From: Bigelowiella natans CCMP2755
Lineage: Eukaryota > Protista > Cercozoa
Assembly (NCBI GenBank): GCA_000320545.1
Contig: ADNK01003500.1
Span: 1-64,000 of the forward strand
Direction of reading: 5' to 3'
DNA: 64,000 nt
Shown here: one piece after another, positions 1 to 11,915 of the stretch
How positions within the stretch are numbered: the first letter of the stretch is position 1
How the letters are laid out: each line of letters starts with the position of its first letter
The notes under the pieces: model-generated
The model's database searches: none
The model's input: the letters and a program-made list of their open reading frames with translations, nothing else
What the model was told of the DNA's origin: nothing
Position numbers and translations under genes: made by a program

Positions 1-322
1 TGAGAGTCTCTCACATTTTTATGTGCGCTTTCTAGATGTTCTCGCCGGAATACACATACTATGAGCTCAATGGGGAACAGAAAAATTCTATCTCATATAT
101 TTGACTTTTCACGACCATCACATCCAACATATATTTTGACTTTTCACGACCATCGACAAGAGGGGGGGGGGGGGGAGAGAGAGAGAGAGAGAGAGAGAGA
201 AAGCATTTTTTAGAACGAAAATATTAGATGCATGTCGAATAATCTCCGAACAAACAAAGAAACAGTATTTCAACCACTTCCTTTCACTGCTACTACTACT
301 CCTACTACTCCTACTACTACTC

Positions 323-356
<34 letters not shown>

Positions 357-2873
357 CACTACTACTACCATACTACCACTACCACTAACTCTTCTGGTAC
401 TGCTACTTCTGCTGCTGCTACTACAAGTACTACTACAACTGCTACTACCATGATGTTTTTATGAGGGTTACTGTAGTTTTCGTCAATTGCACATAAAAAG
501 CTCCCGACAGAGTACCAGGCTCATAGCTCGAAAAGTGTCTGCATACATGCATGAAACAAAGAAAGAAATTAAAAAGAAAGAAACAATCAATTAATTAAAG
601 AACGAAAGATAACAAAACCAAAACGACGGCAGGAGAAACCAACACACACGCACACACATCCACACACATACCTTCGGGTAGTAGCGCATTTAAAAACACA
701 TCTTAATTTCTTCAACACCAAATGTTTACTACCACTACAAGGGTAGTAATAATAATCTGTAGCTACGTAGTTAGCTGCTTGCTATTTATCATGCCTCCAT
801 ATCCATGACGACATTACTGCACATAATAACCCTACTACTACTGCTGCACATGAATAACTCGATGCTGAAGAATACTCACTTGTAGACTCTTTTCACAAGG
901 AGATTGGTATTTGAAATCGTTTCCCTCATCCATGCTCTATTCTAAAGGATGGAGGTATGTATGTACGTAATAACAATAACAGTTTTATAACACGTTAAAC
1001 ACTTATTGCTGTTTAAAACGAGGAATGGAGGAGATTACTGAGAGGAAAAAAGAAAGAGAGGGGGGGGGAGGGGGGAATAAAGAGAGGACTATTAGTACTA
1101 CCACTAGATTTATGGGAGTATCTGCATCCTGTGAATCCTCCTCTTCCTGCTCGTCCTTGTTGTCGTCGTTATTTTTCTTCTCTTTGACGTCGATCTCTTT
1201 GTTCTTGTCATTAAGTTCTTCTTCTTCTTCAATTCTATTCTTTTTTTTCATGTCTGCTACTAGCCTTCTTAGAGTCTGTGACAGATCTGAAAGTGACGAC
1301 TTAGAAGGTGATAGTAGGTGCTGCTGCTTCAATGTCTTCGATGGTGATGGCGACGACGATAGTGATGTTAGAGATTCATCAATATTGTGCTCAAGAGCAA
1401 TATTTGACAAAACTGTTGTTATAATTGCCTCCCACACCATAGTTGCGGTGATTAGAACCTATACGACAACAACAACACACATGATGATAATGAGGATATC
1501 ACAATGATCACCAAGCATATTTTTTTTTATTGTTATTGTTATGATCACCTTAGTGCCTTGCTTGAAGCTTTCGGTGAGAATCCTTGTGATACCAGCCATC
1601 AGTCCTGGATAAAACCCCGCAAGTACCATTTCTGTACTTCCTTCTCGTTCCTTGTCAGTTCTACCAACTCCTAGATTTCTACTGATTCTCTTCCGTCTGT
1701 TCTTATTCTCCGAAGTGTGAATGGCCCTGATAAGAAGCAAAAGCGCTTGCAGTCCTGCCACCCGGTTCTTGCGATTAGCCGCTTGTTTGGGGGAAGTGGA
1801 GAACGTCAACAGGGTTGATACTCCAAAGGCCAATGGGTTTTTAAAGGCAGGACTAACGAAAATTTTGTCAAGGCGGCTGCTATCCAAATTGTTGCTTCCT
1901 CTTCCACTTCTTCCACGTGATTCTGCCTCCTCCTCCTCCTCCTCCTCCTCCTCCTCCTTCTTCTTCTTCTTCTTCTTCTCTGTTGAAGTGGCAGTCATCA
2001 ATGCTCCGGTTCCAGATCTTTCGCTTTCTTCCATATTGGCGTCGCTGTCACCACCAACAGACCTAAATATACATGCGAGGCACTTTACTACTAGCAGAGA
2101 TTTCTCTTCCAGCGATGCCGCTGCAACGTAGTTGCTTGTCTCTGATCCCTTGGTAGCAGTAGGATCATTCACCCGCTTCTTGCTGCGATCGTTGTTGGAA
2201 TCTGTATGCTTATTGAGTTTGTGCAACATTCCACTAAGAATTAGGAATAGTTCTGAAAATCCTTTTCTTGCCAACTTGCCGCCAACCTCGGTCTCTATAT
2301 TTTTATTTGCACGGCAAACAAAATCATTGAGATGTTCGCACACCGATATCACTATCGTCATCACACAACCACTACTTTAGGATCCACATGTAAGAGTGCT
2401 ACTCAATCTCAGAGGGAAGTTCTTTTGTCATTCTTCTTCCTCGTCATCGAACAAACCATTGCAACGACGAGGAACAGGGGGATGATTAGCACACTCTAAT
2501 GATGATTATTACCTAGAGCTTTGAGGAGACATCGTAGGGCACCCTCTTCAGCGATGAGAGGCAGCTTCGTCGTTTTCCTATCAGAGCTCATCCCACTACC
2601 GCCATTGTTTATCCTCAGGATGAACAAAATTGGCGTTAGCAGCTTTCTGAAAGATAGCTCGATCGCAGATTCATTTTTGTCCAAAAGATTCTCAAGGACA
2701 CTGAAAGCATTTATAATGATTGCCCTGTCTTTGCTTCCGATCGCAGTCCCGTTCCCTCTCTTCCTCTCCAACCGCTTTGTAATTTTTAGGAGGATCTCGC
2801 AGGTTCTCTCCAAGTGTTGATCAAGGGGAGATAAATGGTCTGCCCCTAGAATGATGGATTCGACGACGCTCAT
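1..2873 (-). CDS. TTI1: TELO2-interacting protein 1 (TTT complex) homolog, multi-exon, 3' end outside window
   Basis: Exons in ORFs 2496-2873, 1459-2364 and 1003-1440 give helical segments ending LAGFYPGLMAGITRILTESFKQGTKV, resembling the TTI1 N-terminal motif (LASFLPG..SxLxxxL...KQGxKV). Further small GT-AG exons lie near 880-943, 672-720 and 470-540. Start codon uncertain. Confidence 0.65.
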
Positions 2874-3235
2874 GGATATGAGTCAACGCCGTTTTGCTAC
2901 TATTCGTCCAAACAGTGTCCTTTCTGCTTATTGCTATTGTTGTTCTTCTTCTTCCTCCTCTTCTTTGGTCCTCTACCAATAAGAACTCTCCATCACCACC
3001 ATCATCGTGCGATGAAGATCTTCGTCTTCTTTTCATGTAGTTGTCACACCCTCTCTTTGGATCCCAATTATACACTGCGACAAACCAAAATAATAATTTA
3101 CTGATCAATTGCCATTTAATCCTTTGCGACAAGCATTCTCCTTGTCTCAGTTCTCATACGAGCGTACGAGCTTAAAGAGTGAACCAACGGACGACGTAGA
3201 GACCCCCCCCTAATCCCCCCCTTCGCTCGCCGCTG

Positions 3236-4096
3236 ATGTCAAGGGTAGAATTGAAAGGGTCTAAGGAAGAACGAAGCAAAACCTCAATTGAGGGTATTCC
3301 ACATAATGTTACAAAAATCTCTTTTATAATGCCTGCTGCTGCTTTCGATCAGTAACACATCACCTCTTGTTCCACTTTACCAATCTTCTGTGCGAAGAAG
3401 AAGATCAAGTTGTAATACCCATGGATACGATGCGATACGATATAATACTCCTGCTAAAACACAATCAGTGGAAATATGTTTTCTCCCATTACCCTTTTTT
3501 TCCCCCAACAGGTGACGGGTTCAGCGTTCAAATTCAGCCTGGATGCCTATCGAACCTTGGCTCTAAGATTACTGCGTTGGTGCCTGCTTGCAAGTATGTC
3601 ATCATCTCGGACAGAAATGTTTCCAGTAAACATGCAGATATATTGAAAAAGTCATTCGACGTAGTGAACGCCATAACATGTGTAAAAGCAATACCTCCAG
3701 GAGAGGTCTCGAAGGGACGCAGAACAAAAGAAGAGGTGATGGAACGATGCAGTAGTAAGTAGTAGTAGCTCAGTGCGCCCCCATTATGTAGTTAGATCAC
3801 TGCCAGCCCACTGTGACTTCTTCGTTATGATAGGTGGAAGACTGGATGGCCTCGAACGGATGCAAGAAGGACTGCTGTCTCGTTGCACTGGGTTAGTAAG
3901 TAAATAGCATTAAGATCTACATCATCAACAACAAAACACAAACGCATACTAACTCACATACATCACACATGCATACCAATAAACAAATATATACATATAC
4001 ATTGTTTTTGTATATGTACTCCCAAATGTTCCACCACAACCAACACCACCGAAGATTTTCTGTATGGAAGTAGTTATTATCCTCCCTAAATGCTGG

Positions 4097-4129
<33 letters not shown>

Positions 4130-7100
4130 CGTATAACAAAGGTGGAGGAGTAATCCAGGACCTTGGTGGATTTTTAGCGTCTACATATATGATGGGAATA
4201 CCATTCGTGGGGTAAGAGAAGTCTATTGCTGCTTTAGATCACCCATGCCACATGATGTTATATATTCGAACATCATCGCTTATAAGAACAACTTCAGCCA
4301 CGTCAGAGTAACAATTCTTAATCATTCTCTTGCTCTATCTCCTATTCATTTAATCACAAAGGATTCCAACATCATTGGTGGCAATGCTAGAATGTAGTGT
4401 ACCGAGAGAAGTAGGGATTAATGCATCAGAGAAGAAAAATCTTGTCGGTAGCTTTGTAAGGCCCAGAGCAGTCTTCATAGACATCGAGGTAGCAGTGGTA
4501 GTGGTAGTAATAAGAGAATGAGGAGGAGAAAGGGGACGGTGACGATAAGAGCAATAGTGTGTCGTAGTGATAAGAATTGTGTTCACGGTGGTATACTGAA
4601 AAATACTAGCTGGCATACGTACATTTAATATGCACTTGCTGCTGCTGCAGGTTTTATCAACCCTCTCTTTACGATACCTACGTGATGGTATGGCTTCTGC
4701 AATTCGTTCTGCTGTTCTGTATGATCGAGAATTATTCGCTCTTATCGATGAAAATGCCCACAGTCTCCAGCAGTACGATAAAACAATGCTTACAGCTGTG
4801 CTTTACCGAGCAATTAAAGCAAAGATTAAGATAATGACGGCAAAGTATCATCCTGGCATGAGCAGCACCAGCATCCAAGCATACACGGCTAATTCCAGCA
4901 CGATGAGCACTAATAAAGATGATGATAATGATAAGGATAGGCGACGACAGCAGCAGCAGCAGCAGCAGCAGCAGCAAAAAGACAACGACGCTGATGAGCA
5001 GTTTGGCCATGTAGTGGGGGATGCAATAAAGGAGCTGATGTCTCCGATGCTTTTTGATGGCGAATGCCTTGCAATAGGCCTTGTCGCTGAAATGGAAATC
5101 GCTCAAATCATGGGCTATCTGAAACAGCCATCCGCATGTATAGGGAGAGTGAGAAGGTAACAGATAATATAGTAGTAGTAGTAGTAGTAGTAGTAGCAGT
5201 ATCACAGGTGGTGTTGGCAGGGGGGTGACGTAGGAAATGCTCATCATTATTCCAAAGCACCACACTCACATTATTCATAAGAATGTATAACAATCCTACT
5301 ACTACTACTACTACTGCTGCACAGTTGCTCACAGCTCACCCACATTATTCATAAGAATGTACAACAATGCTACTACTACTACTACTACTACTACTACTGC
5401 TGCACAGTTGCTCACAGCTCACCCACATTATTCATAAGAATGTACAACAATGCTACTACTACTACTACTACAACTACTACTGCTGCACAGTTGCTCACAG
5501 CTCACCCACATTATTCATAAGAATGTATAACAATCCTACTACTACTACTACTACTACTACTACTGCTGCACAGTTGCTCACAGCTCACCCACATTATTCA
5601 TAAGAATGTATAACAATCCTACTACTACTACTACTACTGCTGCACAGTTGCTCACAGCTCACCCACATTATTCATAAGAATGTATAACAATCCTACTACT
5701 ACTACTACTACTGCTGCACAGTTGCTCACAGCTCACCAATAGTATCATATCTAAAAAGAGGATAGTTTTTCACAATCTGCTAACCTCACACAAACCCCCG
5801 CTTTCTCTCTCTCTCTCTCTGTATGTTTATCTTGATACTAACACACAAAATCACTCTAATGTACTACGCAACAACAGATGCCTTCGTAAGTTTTATCTAC
5901 CAACGGATATTCCCTCGGACCTCGAGCCAAAAGACTTGCTGCAAGCCATTCGTAGAAATCAAAGACGACAGCAAGGGGGAGGAGGAGGAGGAGGAGGAGA
6001 TAGTGCTGATGCTGCTGCTGCTACGATAGTAATCGAGGGAAGGGGAGAAGAGAAGCAGAAAGAAGGGCCAACGAAAGGAGTACGAGGGGGAGGAGCCAAT
6101 ACCAAGAGTCCTGCTGTAGCAGCAGCATCTACTACAAAGAGAACTTATCGAGGTAGTAGTAGTAGTAGTAGGATATTGGACAACAGCTAGATTAATTGAT
6201 GATTAGTGATGGTACATGATTACTGACGATAATGGTGATGATGATAATGATGCTTGTCAAAATGATTCTCTTAATTGGATCATCAACATATTCTTCTTTT
6301 ACTGCCATCCTACCTTTATGATTGGTTTCTCCTCCTCCTCCTCCTCCTCCTCCTCCTCCTCCTTATTCTTATCTATTAGTTGCAATGGTCAGCTCAATAG
6401 GGAAGCTGCTTCTCCTACCATCATCATCATCATCATCATCATCCGCAGCAGCATTACCATACTTCTCAAGTGTGGAGGTGAATGAAAGTGTTCTATTAAA
6501 AGTCCTTAATAATAATCAAGACGCCATTGCTGTATCGCCTACGAAGATATCGGGACATATTTCTGTCCCTGGATCTATATCTATATCAACACGTGTGCTC
6601 CTTCTAGCAGCTTTGGGAGAAGGAGAATGTCGTATCAAAGGTTTATTACTTTCAGACTACACAGAAGTTATGATAACAGCACTAAGGAAACTAGGCATCT
6701 CCATAGGTAGTAAGTAATAGAAGTAGTTTTAATACTCAATCATACTAATTCTATCCTATGAATCAAAGTGATGGTGTAGTAGATATATCCTCAACATCAT
6801 CATCATTATCACTTAGAATGGGAGGAAGATATGCAGACGCTTGTCGTACGTGGTTCTGCTGGTAAGCTAAAAAGGCCATCAACCGATTTATACATGGGAA
6901 ATGCGAGTGCAGCCACGCGATTCATTACTACAGTTGTTAACCTAATTGAGGAGGAGGAGGAGGAGGAGATGGGGGAGGAGGGGGGAAGGAGCGACGAGGA
7001 ATCGAAAAGGCAGCAGCTGAAGGCTACAAGGATGACAAATACTGATGAGAAGAAGATGAAGAAGAAGAAGGAGGACAACAACACAAAAATGAGTGGTAGG

Positions 7101-7458
7101 GGTGTATCACCATCATCATCGCCTTTGTTAATATCAACATCGTCATCATCACCACTACCTTCACTACAACCACTTAATGGTGGTGATGGTAGTGGTGTTG
7201 TCATTGCCGGAAATTGCCGAATGCACCAAAGACCTATCAGCGATTTAGTTGATTCACTCAAGCTTAGCGGCTGCGACATTTCATATATTGAGAATGTTGG
7301 AAGCTTGCCTCTGAGAATAAATACTAAAAAACATGGCTGGCAGGGTAATAATATATTGTGATAATAATAACGCTATCGTTATTTATTAAGCATCCATCAT
7401 TTTTGAATGGAATAGCAGTCGAGGCTACTACGGCATACATTCCCTCTGTTCCCAACTA

Positions 7459-7499
<41 letters not shown>

Positions 7500-9108
7500 T
7501 AATCGTTGACAATATCATTCATAGTAGTTCTACAGTCATCCCACTCTTAACATACTATATATATATATATATATATATATATGTCTGTCTGTGTGTATAC
7601 ATAAATTAAGGCGGTGAAATCCAGATGGCAGCAAACGTCAGTAGTCAGTTTGTTTCTTCAATCATGATGAGCTCACCATACGCGAAAAAGGCTGTGACTC
7701 TGACATTGGAAAGCACATTGCCTGTTGTTTCAAGGCAATATATCGAGATTACTTGTAAGCTGATGCGATTATTTGGAGTGGAAGTCAAACAGATCTCCCC
7801 CAATCGTTTTTCAGTGCCATGTTCGGTGTACAAAAATCCCAGCAATGTTACAGTTGAAGGGGATGCAACTGCAGCCTCGTATCACTTAGCAATGGCAGCT
7901 ATTACCGGAGGCACCGTTACTGTCGATAATGTTGGGAGTTTGAGTATGCAGACTGATGCTAAATTCTGCAAGCTCTTGGAGAAGATGGGATGCGAGATAG
8001 AGCAAACAGAGTCATCTACGACAGTGAGAGGACCAGGGTAAGATAGTTAGTTAGTTACTACTTTGTTGTAGAAAGAGAATAGAGGAGACAACAAGTAGTA
8101 ATTTGTTAGTTAGTTTGTTAGTTACAACTTTGTTTTGAAGGAGAATAGAGAAGACAACAAGTAGCAATAGTAGTAGTTGTAGTAGTAGTAAACCTTGAAG
8201 TAGTACATAGTCGTAGTAGCATCAGATACAGGAGAGAGAGAGGAGAGTAGCTGTAGTAGTTGTAAGTAGTAGTAGTAGTACTAGTAGTACACCTTGAAAT
8301 ATTTAGTGTGTACTATATATTCAAAGTACTTTTCTCCTTTCCTCTCCTCCTCCTCCTATTCCTCCTCCTACTCATATGGAAGGTATTCTCTACGAGATTC
8401 TGTCACGGCAGCAGCAAATGATAGCAACAATGATGATGATGATGATGAAGAAGAAGAAGAAGAAGAGAAACGACATCATCATCATCGCCCACAACAACAA
8501 GAGTTGATGGCAATTACAGAACCTGTAGATATGGGTAGCATGACAGACGCATTTATGACCCTTGCAGCTGTCGCAGCATTGGCCAAGGGCTCTACGAGGA
8601 TCACCAACATTAAAAACCAACGGTAGTAGTAGTAAGTGTACTACAAAATAATACGATGTATATGATGATTGATTCATATTACTACAGGTACAAAGACTGC
8701 AATAGGCTTGAGGTGATGGTAGGTCAACTACAATCAATAGGAGTTCCATGCACTGAGCAAGAGGATGGTCTTATCATCCATGGAAATCCATTGCTGAGAA
8801 ACCGTGCAGTTATGGAAACTTCTCTGATCAATCCTCATGAAGATAGCCGTATTGCAATGTCTTTTGCTGTGTTGGCCTGTGGAACTCCTGGGCTTGCTAT
8901 AAAAGGCAAACGGTGTGTTGATGCATCTTATCCGTCTTTCTGGAATGATATTCAAAGAGAGCTCGATGCAAAAGTAGGAGCTGTACTTGATCCAGTATCA
9001 AACAATCATATTCCTCAGGAAGAAGCAACTGTTTGGCTTGTTGGTAATATAAAACACCAACACTTGCAAGCATGCTATATATTATCATCTGCATTCCCAT
9101 TCGCATTT

Positions 9109-9144
<36 letters not shown>

Positions 9145-9171
9145 GGTATTCATCATCCTAGCTCCTAATGT

Positions 9172-9204
<33 letters not shown>

Positions 9205-9986
9205 TTACGTGTTTTCTTCTCTTCTCCCTGATATAATATAATAGGTATGCGAGGAGTTGGCAAGACAACCTTAGGGAAAATGGTTGCGAAAAACCTTGGA
9301 CGACCATTTATTGATCTAGATCACATCTTTGAGATAAGGTGCTGGTGGTGGTTATAGTTATATTTATGCTTCTTCTTCTTCTTCTTTATGATTAGAATAG
9401 TAGATAGAAGGAAGGAACGAAGGAGAAGAAGAAGAAGGAGAAGGAGAGATATCAATCATTTCCTCCTCCTCCTCCTCCTCCTCCTCCTCCTCCTTCTATT
9501 ACTACCACATACACTGAATAGGCACGGAATCAAGATAAGAGCATTCGTTCAGAAGTTTTCGTGGCAAGAATTTCGTGCAAGAGAGCTGGGGTTGTTTGAG
9601 GAGATTATGAAAAGTCACGCAAGAGGATTTGTTATAGCATGTGGTGCCGGTCTCGTTGAAACTCCCGCTGCTATGGAAGCTTTTAAGCGGCTACCTGTTG
9701 TAGTGCAAATAAATCGCCATATTGATGATGTAGCAGCATATCTCAGCAAGGACTCTTCGAGACCTGCCCTTCTCAAAGACGGAAAGTCAGTTGATTCTAC
9801 TAAAGACAGAGAGGAGGAAGGGGAGAAGGAGGAGGAGAAGAGGAAAAATAGAGAGGGGAAGGAAAAGGGGCGGAAGAGAGGAGAAGGAAGAGAAAGAGGA
9901 GGAGTTGGGGATAAATCAATCAAGGAGAAAAGTATTTTTATACACATTAGCTTGTGGGTAATGATTAAATTGAGAATTGTTGGAAG

Positions 9987-10036
<50 letters not shown>

Positions 10037-10104
10037 TTGCGCTCTTTTGCATCTGCATTTATTATTTTCTTACTTACTTTCTTTCTTTTTGTTGATTATT
10101 ATTG

Positions 10105-10139
<35 letters not shown>

Positions 10140-10317
10140 GTAGTTATGCATGGGATTGCCAAGCTATATGGGAGGCTCGGCGTCCATTATACCGTGCAGC
10201 TAGTTCCTACGAGTTTACTATCATCAAAGGGGATTCTGACTGGGCTAAAATACTGGATGATCTCACCAGATTTTTGAATGTACCAGTATAGCATTGATGC
10301 TGCCTTCCCCATTATTC

Positions 10318-10352
<35 letters not shown>

Positions 10353-11177
10353 TAGAAGAAATGATGTTGTAGAAACAGTAGCAGTCGATGATGATTATAT
10401 ATTATTTTCATGATGATATATTATATATATATATATATATATATCGGTGGTCATTCATTCATTCTTCTCCTGAACTGTTTCTTCTTCTTCTTCTTCTTAA
10501 ATTCTGCTGCTAATATTCTACTAATATTTCATCGACTTCATCATCATCTTCATCATCATCATCATTCAGACGGTAACGATGTCGCCAGTCGGTCAAACTG
10601 CATCAGTTTATGAGCATGATATTAAAGATGTTGATGTTGTGAAGCTAGTGGGTGGAACCTTCTTCTTGTCTTTGACATTTAAAAATATGCGAGAAGTCGT
10701 TCCTAAAATGCAAGATCTTGTAGCTGGTACTACTCCTACTACTACTTATTTCTTATTGACAAAGATTCTTACTTACACGATCGAAGAAGAAATAATGATT
10801 CTTTCTTCTTAATTGGTTGAAAATATGAGCATCATACTCTTTTGCCATTATTTTCAAAGGAAACAGTGCGATTGAGTTACGTGTTGACCTATGGGAAAGC
10901 TGGGATTTTGATTTCATCCATGAGCAAATAGCAATCTTTAGGAGACATTGCTGCCTACCCATCGTGTAATATATTAATATTAGTTCAGTGATACAGTGAG
11001 TGAGTGTGTGTGTGTGTGTGTGTGTGTGATTATAATAGTAGTGACGAAGATGTAATGCTTAGCTGATTATAATGACCAATGATGATGATGATGATAATAA
11101 TGCTTAGCTGATTATAATGACCAATGATGATGATGATGATAATAATAATTTAATTTATTCAGCATTTCATTCATGAA

Positions 11178-11224
<47 letters not shown>

Positions 11225-11877
11225 CCTCTACATACCTATCTTCTTTCATCTAGTTACACAATCCGCACGGAGGGTCAGTGTGGTAAATTTCCAAATGACG
11301 AGAAGAAGCTTTTCCGTCTTTACGAGCTTGGAATACGGTGTGGGTGCGAATTCATCGATATGGAACACCACTGGTCAAGAGCAGCACGGCATAAGCTAAT
11401 GCGGCATCGTCGTCATGCTAAGATTATTGCCAGTGCACACTTTAAAAACTCGAATGGTGGTACCGAAGTGGATCTTGAGAATACATTCCAGTTGTGCGCA
11501 CATGGGGTATGAATGTATTATTACGTTTTATTAAACGTAGTACTTATTGTGTGTGTGTGTGCTTGTGTGATCGAAGAAGCACTAAAATTAACATGCATGC
11601 ACATATGGGCTGCAAGGAACATCATTCATTGATTCAAGTGTGCTTGAAAGAAAGAAAGAAAAAAAGAAAGATCGAAAGTGTGGTGTGCCTGCTTACATCG
11701 CCACCGTTCGTTTCATACCATAGTACTGATACAACGATCATACAATTTTTAGGGAAGGGCAGACGTGGTTAAAGTAGTGACGACAGCTTTTTGCCTAGAA
11801 GATGCCATTCGTCTTGTCCATGTTGCCAAAAATGTGCGTCTTCCTGGAAATCCTCCCAAGGTGGTTTGTGTGTGCGT

Positions 11878-11915
<38 letters not shown>

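Noticed and set aside
232-453. Poly-Thr/Leu ORF and the many similar low-complexity ORFs across the window
   Set aside because: Translations of intronic (TAC)n, (CAT)n, (GA)n, (GT)n and (TA)n microsatellites.
5267-5737. CRISPR-like array (constant repeat with variable spacer)
   Set aside because: The spacers are only (TAC)n length variants, it lies in a eukaryotic intron, and there are no cas genes.
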